Shown here in pieces: positions 10,233 through 23,332 of a stretch of DNA of 64,000 nucleotides. The notes under the pieces are model-generated. The model saw only the letters and a program-made list of their open reading frames with translations, was not told the DNA's origin and ran no database searches. Both the position numbers and the translations under genes were made by a program. Origin of the DNA: Hyaloraphidium curvatum SAG 235-1 (Eukaryota > Fungi > Monoblepharomycota); assembly GCA_025558095.1 (NCBI GenBank), contig JAIVFI010000038.1, positions 310,001-374,000 on the forward strand, in the 5' to 3' direction. Each line of letters begins with the position of its first letter. Within the stretch, counting starts at the first letter, position 1.

Positions 10233-13200
10233 TCAACAGAATCGCCAACGAATGTCAAAGTCGCCACCGTCGCTGGGCCTGGCAACCAAGTTCATCAGCA
10301 CAAGGAGGCAACGAAAGCGAGCAAAGGACCACCCACCCCCTTCCGAAGACACTCAGCGCCCCGGCGGTAAAGTCAATGTTGCCCCACCCGCACCCGTAGC
10401 ATGCGTCTCCGACCGTGAAGGTGCCGTAGATCCCGCGCTGCACGTCGAAGATCATCACGCACTGGTTCCCGCACATGTCGGGGCGGTACATCTGGCGGTT
10501 GAGGGCGATGATGGGCGGGCCGGAGGGCTCGTCGGTGATGCGGTTGTCGCACGCGCCGAGGCTGGGGAAAGAACGCCGTCAGGAGTGGTCCTCGTGCGCG
10601 GTCTGGAAGAGCCTACCAGCTGTAGCCGTGATTCTGCGCGGGGTCGCAGGCGTGGTAGTAGGTGGCGTGGCCCGAGATCCAGCCGTCGAGACTTGGCAGC
10701 GCCTGCGGGGCCGACGAAGACGCGGCTGGGGGCGAGGGTGGGGAAGGCGGCGGAGGAGGCGGAGGGGGCTGAAAGAGAACAACGAGTCAATCTCACGGCG
10801 GCGTACAGGACAGCGAACCAGTGCTCACCGCAGGGGCCGGAGCAGGAGCTGCAGGCGGATGGCAGACCTCCCAAGCTGCGCACCTGTTGTCCCCCGCACA
10901 GCATCCGCTCGCGCATCCCGCCTCCCCGCACGGCTGCCCATTCTCGGCAGGCATCGGTGGCGGGGGCGGGGGCGGGGGTGGCGGCGGGAAGCAGACAGCG
11001 TTCTCGGCGCAGAATCCGCGGACGCAGCAGCCCGTCGTGCAGCCTTCGTTGAGCGAGCATCCCTGCCCCAGCTGCGCGGGGAAGCAGAGCTCCCGCTCGG
11101 CGCACGAGCCATATCGGCAGCATCCGCTCCTGCAGGCCTCCCAGGCGTAGCAGGCGGCGTTGAGCTCCGCCAAAGCCGGAGGAGGCGGCGGAGGCGGGGG
11201 GTTGCAGGCTTCGTTGGCCGCGCAGAGGTTGCTGAGACAGCAGCCCGAGGCGCAGCCACCCGAGTCCCCGCAGAACTGGCCGATGGCGGCGGGGGCTGGA
11301 GGGTGGCAGACGGCGTGCGGGGCGCAGGTGGCACTGGAGCAGCATCCGCTCCTGCAGCCGTCGCCAGAGGTGCAGGCGGCGTCCAGCTCCGCGGGTGATG
11401 GCGGCGATGGCGGTGGGGGAGGCGGAGGGGGCTTGCACACCTCGTTCGGCGCGCATGTGCCCGAGCTGCAGCAGCCCGAAGCGCAGGCTTCAGAAGCCGA
11501 GCACTGCTCGCCGTTCTGAGCAGGCGAAGGCGGCGAAGGGGGCGGTGGAGGTGCCTGCGGGCAGACCTAAGCGTCAGCTTCTTGCTCGAACACCGCATGA
11601 CGACGCCGTCCCATACCTGGCAAACCTGCACGTCCCTGCACACGCCTTCCCTGCAGCATCCGCTCCCACATCTCCCGTCCGACTCGCAACCCTCGCCCAA
11701 GCCCGCCGGCCGCGGCACGCACTTGGCCGCCTCGGCACAGACACCGTCCGTGCAGCAGCCGCTCTCGCATCCGTGCGTGCAAGCCTCGCCGAGCGCGGCG
11801 GGGCGGGGCGGGTTGCAGACCGACCATTCGGCGCACAGGCCGGCGTTGCAGCACGACGAGGCGCACGAGGAAGAGTCGGAGCAGGATTGGCCGAGCTGCA
11901 AGGGCGAGGGTGGAAGAGAGGTGGGCTCCGGCGCGGGGGTGGTCGCACCCGGCGCGGGGGTGGGCGCCGGAGGCGAGGGGGTCGGGATGTCCTGGGATGC
12001 GGGAGCGGCTTCCGTCGCCTGAGGCGGCGGGGCCGGAGCGACCTCCGTCGTGCTGGCGGCAGCCTGAGTGGTGCTGGGTAGCGGTTCCTGGGTGTTGCTT
12101 GCAGCTGCCACAACGATTGCGGCCGTCGTCGCCTCGACCGCCTGGCTTGAGGTCGCCGTGGTCGACGTGGCCGCATCCACAGCCTGAGCCATCGTGGTCT
12201 CCGAAACCACCGTCCCAACCTGTGCTCCGGCCATCGACGCCGAAGCCAATTCCCTGTTGTTCTTGCCCAGCAACGCCGCCGTCGTCCCGGCGGCAACCAG
12301 CACCGCCAGCACAAGCAGCAAGCAGCAGCACCACACCCAGCCCATCCGCCTCTTTCCCTTCTTCGGTTCCTCCAAGACGACGACCTCGACGGGGACCAGG
12401 CCAAACTCGTCGGCGCCCTTGTCCTCCTTGACCTCGGCCACCTCGGCCCAGTCCAGCCCGTCCAGGGGCATCGAGTCCCGCGTGCCGTGGTCGAGGAAGC
12501 GGCCCGCGCCGGGGACCGAGGCGCGGCTCATACGGTGCTCGGCCAGCAGCGACGCGCGGTTGCGAGCCTTGATGGCGTCGATGTCGTCCTCGGGAGTCTG
12601 CTGGAGGAGCATAGAGGCCCTGTTGCGGGCCTTGATGGCGTCGATGTCGTCCTCCTGTGCATGGGGGAGGAAAGCCGAGGCACGGTTACGCGCCTTGATA
12701 GCCGTGATGTCGTCGTCGTCGTAGGGAAGGGGAGGGTTGGATGCGGAGGAGGCGGTGGACCCGGTGCGCCAATGCAGGGCCTTGGAGGGGTCTGATGCTT
12801 CGTCGTCCGTGTCGGCGGCACCAAAGGCCTCGGGGTTCGAGGGGCCAGGGCCAAACAGGTCCTCAGGGTCCGGGTTGGAGGCGGCGACCATAGAGGGGGT
12901 GGCGACGAGGGTGGCGAACGAGTCGGTGCGGCGCAGGGAGCGGCCGTCGATCGGCAGCATCGGGGTGCCGGGGGAGGCGGTCGGGGAGGAGGAGGGGGTC
13001 TCGGCGAGCTCGAAATCCTCCGTCGCCGCGGGGGACTGCGACGGGGGCGGCACCGAGATGCCTAGGCTGCCGACGATGCGACGCAGGGAGGCGGCCATGC
13101 GTGGCACGCGCTGCGAGCGCATCGGACGGGGTGAGGGAGGCGGAGTTGAGGGCAGCGGTGCAGGAATGAAGGGCACGACCGGCACCGCCTGGATGACAGG

Positions 13201-13923
13201 TGCAACGGGTTCCGCGGTCGCGGGGACAGGCGGCGGCGTGCCCGGCGCTAGATCGGTGTACGGAGGTGCAAAGCCATCACGCAAGTCCGCCGGCAGGTAG
13301 GCCGTCGAGATCGGGCGCGCCTGCAGCCGCGGCACGGTGTGCTCGACGAGTCGCACCCGCGGCACCGTTGGGGGCGCGACGACCACCCGCGACGGCCGCC
13401 GCTCGGGCTCCGGGTGCGCGGAATGCGCCGAGTGCACCGATGCGCGGTGAGCTTGCGCATTGACTGCGGCGTTTGCGACGAGCGGGTCGAACGGGTTGAG
13501 GGAGACGCGGGAGAGCCGGGCCGACAGGCGGGCGGCATCGGCGTCGAACGGGTTGAGGGAAGCCCGGGAGTGCCTGGTAGTGTCCGCGACGAACGGGTTG
13601 GGGCCGTCGAACGGGTTTGCCGGGGCCTCGGCGGCGTCCTCGGGCAGCGCGGCGGCGGGGAGCGGGAGGTCGTCGACGGCGTCCCACCACTCGGCGCCCA
13701 CGCCGTCGTCGGCCGCGGTGCCGACGGAATCGGCGTCGTCGTCGCGGTCGCGCAGCCCGTCGAGCTCGCGCAGGATCTCGCCGAGGAGCCCCTCGCGGTC
13801 GCCGCGCGGGTCGAGCGTCGACCGCACCGAGCGCACGCTGGGCGCGACCGACGACCGCCACGCCGCCTGCTGCGCCGGATCGGTCCCGGCGGGATCCGCA
13901 GTCGGCCGCCGCGGGTCCGCCAT
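10233..13923 (-). CDS. Single-pass membrane protein with nine Cys-rich (knottin-like) repeats and a C-terminal expansin/RlpA-like DPBB domain
   Basis: ATG 13923. TM segment WVWCCCLLLVLAVLVAAG, then a Thr/Ala/Pro-rich stalk and C-C-CC-C-C repeats. Spliced C-terminus reads GHATYY..LGAC..IIALN..MCG..C..TVGDACYGCGWGNIDFT..FDIRWRFC*. Introns at 11567-11616 and 10769-10828, plus two more. Confidence 0.8.
10850..11900 (-). repeat. Nine tandem ~27-aa Cys-rich modules separated by poly-Pro linkers
   Basis: Examples: LGQSCSDSSSCASSCCNAGLCAEWSVC, IGQFCGDSGGCASGCCLSNLCAANEAC, NGQPCGEAGCASGCCAGDNRCAAWEVC. Confidence 0.9.
12549..12720 (-). repeat. Three-copy coding repeat DDI(D/T)AIKARNRAS
   Basis: Three near-identical copies in the predicted cytoplasmic region of the 10233-13923 gene. 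Confidence 0.85.
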
Positions 13924-15429
13924 GGCTCGAGCGGCGCGATTCGGTGAGAGGGGGGTGGGGGGATGAGCGGTTCGAACGTCACGCAGGGGACGTCGTCCAC
14001 CAGCCTGGGCCCAACCTCCGTGCCCGATCACCCCTTGCCGCCGCACGCGGGCCGGAGCATTTTGAGGTTCCTCTCCGCCGACGAAGTAGAGTTTGGAGTC
14101 AAATGGAAGTGCCGGCGAGGGCCGCGGGCGCTCCGACGCCAACTGGCCGCGCGGCGAGCGAGAGAAGTGGCGATTTCATCGAGCTTTGAGCCGAGCCCAG
14201 GCTGGTGCAGATCCCCCACACGCCCACCTGCGTCCTCGTTGCCACAAGTGGCACAAGGGGCGGTCCCTTCGACCCTCGAGGTAGTATCCGCTTTGACGAA
14301 AGGCAAGGACGAGTCCGTCCCAAGGTCTCCTCCGATAGCACGAAAAGGCCGTCTTCTGCGACCCTGGGTCTCCGCTATCTAGTGCAGTCCTCGAGATCGA
14401 CGGCACGGCACGGAACTCCGTGCCGCGCACCCGAAGGGCACGGCGCGGGGGACAGGCCGAGGAGCGTCCCCGTCCGTACTCGTCGGCAGGGGTCCTCCTG
14501 AGTCTGGAAGCCGTCAAGAGTGTGTGACGCTGGCCGAAACCGTTTCCCCTCCGAAATCCTCCTTGGGGACGAGTTGTTTTGGGGACTCCGCCCGCGGGCG
14601 AGGGCAATCAGCGTCTCCCTAGAGGGAGAGGACGAAGGCACCTGATATTCTTCAGGTCCTTTCGCCCGTCCCCTCGGGAACGCCGCAGTCCTAGAGGAGC
14701 GAAGAGCCTCTCCAGCGTGCGGCGCTCGACGAGAAGGGGCAGCAGGGAGACCGACTCCAGTGACTCCGTCCCGATGCAAGCGCCCTTCCATCGACGTCTC
14801 TCGAGCGCGGAAAAGGCGCAAAACGAAGGAAACCCCGCGGGAAGGTCGGTCCGAGCTCTCCAAGTCCGCGAGGGAGATCGGTGACGCAACCCCCGCCGGC
14901 GCGGGGATACGGGCCGTGACGAGCCATGCTCCCCCGCAACAGACGAGCTAATGTTGCCAATGCTTCGCACCGGTGCAGACGTGCTCCTTAGGCCCGGCAT
15001 CGCAGCGGAAGCCGGTGGCGATTGGTAGTGCGGCGCGGTGGCGCGAAATCGACTCGTTTGTTTACACACCGGAGTGAGCCTCCAGCGCCAGATCTTCAGC
15101 TCATCAATATCATCGATAACAAGATGAAGCGGAGATAACTTCGGAACCATCTTTTGTCGAATGTGTGTGTAGTCCGTGACTCAACGTCGTTGCGGACGTC
15201 CTTCCAGCCTTGGAGCAGCTCGCTTGATCTTCCATCATCTGACGTAGGTAGGATCTTTTTATCGACCTGTATTGCGATCAGTGACCTGTGCCCATCCGTT
15301 GGGCAAGGTCTGCGCAGCGCAACGCGGCGGCAGTAGTCCGTCACGGAGCGCCTGAGCGTCTTGTCTCCCACATCCCCTGCCACTGCCGCCGGGCAAGCCC
15401 GCGGACTGCGCCCCGCCGCACTGCCTGCG

Positions 15430-16534
15430 ATGCTCCCCGCGCGCAACTCTCCCCGCGACGCCTCGGGCCTCCTGCACCGCCCCGATTTTGCCGGTCCCCA
15501 CTCGGTGCTCGCCGAGGCCGACCTAGCGGCGCTTCACAGGGACGGCTGCGTGATTATCCCGGACCTGATTCCGCCGGCACTGTGTGACGTGCTCAAGGCC
15601 ACGGTGCGGCGGATTGGAGCGGCCGAGTCGGAGGCCGGGGGTAGGGGCGAGTACGGCCGCGGAAGGTTCGAAGGCACGAAAACCAAGCGGGTCTACGGGC
15701 TCGCTTCCAAGACGGACGCATTCGACGACCTGCTGCTCAACGAGCGGATCCTGGCGATCCTGGACCGGGGGCTGTTCCCGGGCTACCTCCTCCATACGTG
15801 CCAGTCGACGGAAATCTTCCCGGGCGAACTTGCACAGGTGAGCTGGAATATCTTTGCGCTCTCCATGAACTGCTCGAACTGACACGGCACCCGCCACCGG
15901 CCGGGAAAAGCCGTACCACTACGACGACCCGTGGATCCGAACGCCGTCGAGGCCGCGGGAACCAACTTCCATCAACTGCATTTGGGCACTGGACGACTTC
16001 ACACCCGAGAACGGCGCGACGCGGTACCACCCGGGCAGCCATCTCTGGGGGGAGGGCAGGGTGCCCACGGACGCGGACGTGCCCAAAGTGGCCGAGATGA
16101 AGAAGGGGTCCGTGCTGGTGTTCCTCTCGACGCTATTCCACGGGGGCGGGGAGTTCCCCATCGTCGAGGGGAAGAAGCAGGACAGCAGGATGGGTCTGAT
16201 TTTCCTCTACTGCCAGCCGTGGCTCCGGATAGTCGAGAACTGTGGGTCGCTTGCATTTCGCGGCGAGACTTCGCTAATCTTTGCTCGCCGACCAGGGTTC
16301 CTCATGGTCAACCCGCTCGACCTCCCCCGGATCCCGCCCAAGCTAAGGGGGATGATGGGCTTCGATCTCCTCGGGCTGGTGGGAAACGCCAACGGGCTGC
16401 ACCCGATGAAGGCGATCGACACAGCGACTGGGACCGTGCTCTGGAACCGGAGGTCCCGGTCAGGGGTCGTGGGGGAGGCGGAGCGGGAACGACCAGACGA
16501 GCGGGAAGAGGCGCGGGCCGAGCCCAGGCTGTGA
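15430..16534 (+). CDS. Phytanoyl-CoA dioxygenase (PhyH) family Fe(II)/2OG oxygenase
   Basis: LHRDGCVIIPDLI, EIFPGELAQ|..YHYDD (HxD), ALDDFTPENGATRYHPGSHLW, GSVLVFLSTLFHGGG and YCQPWLR. Two introns. Confidence 0.9.
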
Positions 16535-16886
16535 GCTCGCGTGGATGGTGGTGTCGAGGACAAGTGGGACACTGAGGGATCTGGGTGGTGGAAGCCGGAT
16601 CGGGACCGACGAGCCGCAGGAACCACGGGACCGGAGCATGCATTGTTGCTGTAACGTTTCATTGTCGTTTGAAGTCGAACACGTTGTGTAGGCGCACGAT
16701 CGGGTGTCCTTTCGAGGAGGCTGATTTCGTCGCTGCCACGGCGGCAGGACCCCTCTTCCAAACACGATATCGTGGCCCCGGCATGGCCTCGCAGGGCCCG
16801 AGTGCGCCCTAGCAGCGCGTCCCGGGACGTGCATTTCCCGTATCCGGCGCTGCTAGGCGAGGCCCGGGGTCGCCTGGAACGCTGCG

Positions 16887-19800
16887 ATGGCCAGTGCCGG
16901 GTCGACGTCGCCGGGGCGGGCGGCGGGCACGCTGAACTCGGCGCTGTCGTCGGCCCTCATATCGGAACTCACGGCGCTGGCGGCCGACGCGCGGCGGGCT
17001 CGGGGCGGCGACGCGGTGCGCGAGGTGGGCGCCGCGGACTCGTCCCACGTGCCGGAGCTGACTCGTCGGGACCGCCCACGGCGCGTCGCCGAAACCCCAA
17101 TTGGGCTAATTTATTCATCGAACTCCCTTATCATTTGGATTCAAGGGCGCCGAACGAGCCCTCGTGGTGCTGCGTACCGCGCTGGCGTCGTCGGCTCCGC
17201 CCGCCCCGCTGCCGCCTCCGGCAGACCCGCTGGCCCCGCTTTTGCTCCCGCTGACGCCGCAGCTCCTCGCGGCCCCGATTGCGGCGCTGCGCATGAAGCC
17301 GGCGAACCCCGCGCTGCTCAAGGCGGCCGTGGCGCCGGTGCAGAGGCTGGTCGGCTTCCGCTGCATCGACCCGCGGATCCTGGCGGACGTGCTGGACGCC
17401 GTGGGGGAATGTGTGGGGCTGGGAGCGCCCATGGAGGTGCAGCTGCGCGCCCTGCAGGTCGCGGGAGGCGTGTTGGCGTGCCTGCCGGAGCCAGAAGGCG
17501 CCTTTGCCAGGGCAAAGGAGGCCGAAAAGGCTCCTGCGGACGCCAAGGAGGAGCAGAAGCCGGTCGAGATTGACGAAGATACCATCGTCAAGGAGGTGGG
17601 CGCCTCGTGTTGGCCATTTTGAAAGCTTTTCTTAAGTCCGTCTCTCGCGATCAGGTCTTCAAGATCGCCATCTACCTCCACTTGCCGCCCCCGGGCACGA
17701 CGCTTGCCAGCTCCCATGGTGGTCCTGTTGTGGCACACACGGCGCACGCCACGGTCCGTCAGATCCTCTCCGCGGCCATGGAACGGGCGTCCAAGTGCCT
17801 CGCCGCGGTTCCAGCCGAGGAGCGGGAATCGTTGAACGGCTACCCCGCCTTTCCACCGCCTCTGGCGACCGCTTTCGCCCTCTTCCACGATTTGTGCCTT
17901 CTCACTGGCGATCCCGCCAACCCGCACCTCCTCGTCTTGCCCAATCTCCCGATACCCAAGGCTTTGGGCCTCGAGCTGCTCGCCTCCACCCTTCCCACCC
18001 ATTCACTCTCCTCCCCCGGCCCCGAAACCCCGTTCTCCCTCCCTCCTTTTGTCACCCTCCTCAAGACGCACCTCCTCCCGCTCCTAATCCGCACCTTTTC
18101 CGACGGGTCTCCGGACTTTCCGCTCCTGGCGCGCCTCCTGCGCTGCGTACTTGCCGCGGTCTCGGCGTTTGCCTCCAGCTCCGAATGCGCAGTCGAGATT
18201 GAGATCCTCCTCTCGGTCGTGGACCGCCTGGCCGCCGATGCCGCGGGGCACTCCGCCGGGGGCACCTCTGCGACCTCGCTCGCCTCGGCGTCGACGTCTT
18301 CGCTGCCCCAACCTGGTCCGGCGCACCCGGCGTGGGCGCACGCGTGCGCGCTGGAAATGTTCGCGGGACTTCTGGGCGGGCCGGCGCTCGTGGACGTTTG
18401 GGGACTGGATTCGGGGGCAGAGGTCGTTGGTGGGGTGCTGGCGACGGCGGGCAAGATCGCGGGGGCGGCGGCGGAGGAAGGGTGGAGAGGTGAGGGCGGG
18501 GTGAAGGTCTCTTGGTGAGTCGATTTGCTGGCCGAAAACTGTTTGCCAACTAACTTCTCGTTGACAGCCTCGAGCAGCTCGAGAAGCTGGATCCGCCGCA
18601 CGTTCCCGAGAGGTACACGGCGTACCTGTCGGCTCGGATGCTCGCTGCAACTGCGGCGTCTTTCGCGTCGATCGCGACGCACACGCCCTCGGACCACCTT
18701 GATCCGGCGGCGTTCCTCTCGGCCGGCTCGGCTTTGCTTCTACCGCAGCTCGCGCCTCTCCTTGCTGCCCTTGAAACCCCGCTGCAGCAATCCCTGCTCG
18801 ACGCTGCCACCTCCTTCGCCGTCGCCTGCGCGCGGACGGCTCTACCCGGCGAACGCGATGCCTGGCTCTCGGCCCTGGCGCGTGCCGCTGTCCCCGAGGA
18901 CAAACCTGCCGCTTCAGCGCCGCCGCCGCCGGTGGAAAAGGGCGGCACTCTGATGAGCACCCTCACCTCCCTCGCCTCTTTCGCCTCCGCCCCCGCTCGC
19001 CCGCTCCCCGTGGGCCCCGACCGGGGCGCAGCGTGCCTCGCCGCGCTCGTCTCCGCAGCGGGATCGCTCTCTGAGGAGACGGACATGGAGCCTGCAGCAT
19101 GGGAGCCGCTGCTTTCCGCCATCTGGAAGGCCGAGACCCGCGGCCGATCGCCCGGCTGGCCCGACGTGGCCAAATGGCCCACGGGCGGCGCGCGGCACCT
19201 GCTCCGTGGGATTGCGGGGTGGACCGACGCGCAGGCTTCCAAAAGCGCTTGGGATGCGGCGGCGTGGGGAGTGGCGAGGGCCAAGGACTGCATTCTAGCG
19301 CGGGCCGACGTGCTTCCTTCAGACGCCGAGGGCTGGGAGTCCGCCATGGCGCCGATCGTGAAGACAGCTTGGGCCGAAGGGGCGGGGCAGGCGCGCCAGG
19401 TGGCGTGCGCTGCGTTCGGGGAGTGCTTTGCGGCTGCGGTGGAGAAGGGGGACATGGCCGACCCTGCCGCCGAAGGGAGGGTGCTCAAGAGTCTCAAGGA
19501 CTTCGTGGGCGTGGGCGCGAACGGGCGTTCGGCGGCCTGGGCGGTCGATGTGACCAAGGCCGGTATGGACGCGCTGGACAAGGTGCTTCAGCGCTCGGGG
19601 GAACGGTTCTCGCGCGGCTGGGAGGCCGTGCTCGAGGTCGTCGGCGGGGTTGTCGGGTCGTCCGGGGCAGCGCGAAAGGCCCCGGGGAAGGTGGAAGTGG
19701 ATGCGCGATATCTGGCTGTCGCGGGGACAGAAGAGGCAGCAGGCTCCGCCCTTATGACCGGCGCTGGGGGGCCTGCGGCGTCGCGGGCTCAGGCCATGGT

Positions 19801-22425
19801 GCGCGCCGCGTTCCCAGTCGTCAGGCTTATCTGCAACGACTTTCTGCCGCTGCTGGATCCCGGTTGCTTGGGGGCGTGCGTGGACGCCCTTGCATGCTTT
19901 GGGGCGCAAGGCGACGATCTGAACGTCACCCTGTCCGCCGTGGGCCTCGCATGGACCGTATCCGACCACATTATGACACTGCGAACGGCGACGGCTGCCG
20001 AGGGCGCCACGGCGGATGCGGAGAAGCTCGACACGCTTTGGAACAACCTCCTCGAGCAGCTCGCGGATCTGTGCACGGATCCCAGGCCAGAAGTCAGACA
20101 CGCGGCCAACCAGACGCTGTTCCGTACCGTCACCCTGCAAGGCGGGAAGCTTACCGAGGAGGTGTGGGACAATGTCCTTTGGAACGTCCTCTTCCCGCTT
20201 CTCGAGCGCGTGCGGATTGTCGGCGACAAGGTTGCGCAGGCCGCGGACCGCGCAGCTGTGGACAAGGTCGGACAGGAGGGTGCGCCGCGGCTCGCGAGCT
20301 CCGGCTTCGTCTTGCACCATTCTCGCAACACCGTCGCCAAGCAGTGGGACGAAACTCGGGCGCTCACCCTCACAGGCGTTGGCAAGTGCTTCCGCGAGCA
20401 CATGGCCGCTTTCGTCTCCATTGGCGCGGGGAGGTTCGACAAGGCCTGGGCACTCTTTTTCGAGTACGTCAAGGACTGGTGCCTTGGCTACAGCCAGGAG
20501 GTATCTCTGGCGTCGATGAAGACGCTTGCAACGGTGCTTGGATATCCTCAGGACACCGACGTGCCCGAGGACGTGCGGGAGAAGCTGGAGCCCTACTGGA
20601 TGACGGCGTGGGGAGAATGGACGACTATCGGGGAGGGCATTGTTATTCGCGCGAACGGTGACTTGCCGGATCGACGGTCAACGGACCATGACGGACGCTC
20701 GGGATCGGAGGAGGTTTCCAAACCTGCCGAAGACGACGATGGCCCGGATGGAGCGGCGCGCGAGTCCTTTGATCACGTCTTTGAGAAGGCAGAGGACGGG
20801 CTCCCGCGCGAGATCTCGGGCGAGTTCACGCAGGAGACCATTGCAGCGTATGCTTCCGCCTTCCTGGACCTCTACCCGACCGTGCAACCGCAGTTCAAGG
20901 ACGGCGATTTCACCCGGCTTATGCGCCTGCTAAACCAGCTTCTCGTTTACGTGACCGCCGTGGAGCCGGGCAGCAAGTACGCCAAGGCGGTTTGGGACCT
21001 CGACGTTCTTTCGCCGCTGCAGGATGTGGTACTCAAGATCCTCAGCGCTCTGGAAACCACCCGACCGACCCTGTATCTGGCGATTCTCGGGGAGCTGGCG
21101 TCGCACGTCAAGCTCCCCATACGGCGCGGATTCGCCTCGCCGACCCGCGCACATGCTTCGGCTAAGGCGCAATCCAAGGGCGCGCCGCAAGGGCCGACAT
21201 TCGTGACCTTCTCCGCTCAGGCCATGGAGATGGCGTGGGATATCGTGGATCGCCACCGGACTTTGCCGGCGCTCTACGCCGATGACGTTCTTCCTGACCT
21301 TCTATTGGCCCATGGTGACCTGATGAAGTACAAGTATGACTGTCCCTCGGCGGGGAGCAAGCCAACGGACGTGCCTTTGTGGAAGGCCGCTGCCAGCGCT
21401 TTTCTGCGCCTCTTGCGCTGCCTACTTCCTTCCATGCGCTCTCTGGAGGGGCAGATCAGCCCCGCGACAGTGTCCGTTGTCTACGAGGCTGCGCTGGACA
21501 CTTTTGATGCTTTCCTTCTTTCGCCAAGCAATCCTGGACCCGATGCTACGGAGACGCAGCTCGCTGCCGACGAGGACTTTGACATTTCGGTGTTGCGCGA
21601 GATCGAGAACGATCTGGTGCCGTACCTCGGAATGCCCGGCATGCCCGAGTCGCTTGCACTCCAGCTTGTCGACACGCTGCGCAAGGGATCCAATCTCTAC
21701 CTAGGTGTGGATTCTGCACACGGCGCCGCTGTGCCTTCTTCCCCCGCAAGGGCCGTCAATGGCGTCCACGCCAAAGCGGCACAAGGGGGATCGAAGGCTG
21801 GCCCGAACGTCAACAAGGTCCGCGTGGTCAACATCCCGGTTCACCGGGAGCGCTTTGCCAACGAATGCCTGGATCTAATGTTTGGCCTTTGCTCGGACAA
21901 TCGCGAGGGTGAGCCACTTCGCATTTCTCCTTCGGCTCGGCCTCACATTTGCTGTTCAGACAACGTGGAAGAACGGCGTCGCGTGGCCGAAATTGTGGCT
22001 CCCGCATTGTTGGAGCGCTGTTCGACAGTCATTTCCAACTACGTCGTGGCAAAGGGGCAGGGGAAGCAGCAGCACCATCGAGCGCCCACGGGCCTGGGCC
22101 AGACCATTGCGCCGCAAGACGACTATCAGGAGCTGGTGCGAGTATTGGGCAAGCTTGTCGAACTGAAGCTGAGGCCGAAAGTGCTCAAGATCCCGGAGTC
22201 TTCGAGTGAGTGGTCCGCCGCTCGACGGGAACGGTCTCTGATTCGCCTGCAGATCCGGTAAAGAACCTCATCCTCTCGGGTCCGTCGGCCCATCTTTTCT
22301 TCCTCTACCTGCCGATTTGCGAGTGCCTATCAAGTGCGGATGGCCACGCTTCGGAGGACAGGGACGTCGAGGAGCTGGTGAAGCGGGCGCTCAAGCGCAT
22401 GGGCATGGAAATGGGTCTGGTGTGA
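16887..22425 (+). CDS. MON2: Protein MON2 homolog (Sec7-family-related endosome/Golgi scaffold), multi-exon
   Basis: N-terminal LISELTALAADARR. Conserved segments AFPVVRLICNDFL, FGAQGDDLNVTLSAVGLAWTVSD, DPRPEVRHAANQTLF, HHSRNTVAKQWDET, RERFANECLDLMF and AHLFFLY. Confidence 0.9.
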
Positions 22426-23332
22426 AGGACCGTGATGGTCCAACTTGTTCATGGAAGGAAGCCCATTGGATTGCAATACGACATTGTTCTCTTGCCGTGT
22501 CGGCACCCGGATCGCAGCATCCCCTGACCTCCAGCAATCTATTGGGGAACGGAGAGGAGTGTCAGTTAATGGTCGACAAATCCCGGCAGCCGCCAGTCCA
22601 TCGCCGGGATCATTTTGAAGACTGAAGGTGTTCTTGTTTCTCCTCACTACCGAAGGTTCGGAGTGGTGCATAGAATATCTAATCCTCTCCCGAGCTCGCT
22701 CCTGCGTTCGCGACGCGGGTGCCTGACACTCACCGAGGAACATGCCGGACACGCAGACCAGACGGAGCGAGCAGCATCGACCGGAACCGCCGTTCCATGA
22801 AGCAAGCGAAGCAGCTGAAGTGCCGTCGGGAATCACTGGAAGTCAGGGAAACGAGGTCAGCGACGCGGTCTTTGTCACGTGTCCCGTTCCCGCAGTCCAG
22901 AGCCGGAACTCAATCTTAAAAAGCTCGGTTTGTGAATCAACACGGTGCTTTCAGACAGCAGTTGGAAAATTGACTTCATCCTCGTTCTCGAAATGTCCCA
23001 TCCCCGTCTGCAAAGGGTTCTCACCATTGGACGACGTTCGCGACTCCGGCCGGCCACCAATCGGCTCGGGGTCAGGGTGCATCATGGCAAGATGTACGGC
23101 AGCGTCGTCACGACGCGCCTTCGAGGAACATCACGGCATCGCGACGAGGAGCCGTTGTTGTCGTTTGTTTTCGCGGCCCGCACTCATCACTCCCTCGATA
23201 CCTCGCGATCGGCAGTCCTCTGTTGAGAACGAAATACAACTCATAATGCCATTCATCTGGGTATCCTTTGGACACTTCCCCATCTGATATCAAGAGTCCT
23301 CTTGAACAGAAAATTTTGAAAGATCGGTTTCT

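Noticed and set aside
14000-15100. Possible structured ncRNA (GGGAAGGTCGGT near 14839 resembles an RNase P CR-I)
   Set aside because: I could not find a convincing partner CR-V/P4 element by eye. An Rfam search is needed.
22430-23330. Lower-GC gap with short ORFs between MON2 and the NZF gene
   Set aside because: No motif, consistent codon bias or terminal repeats. Treated as intergenic or decayed sequence.
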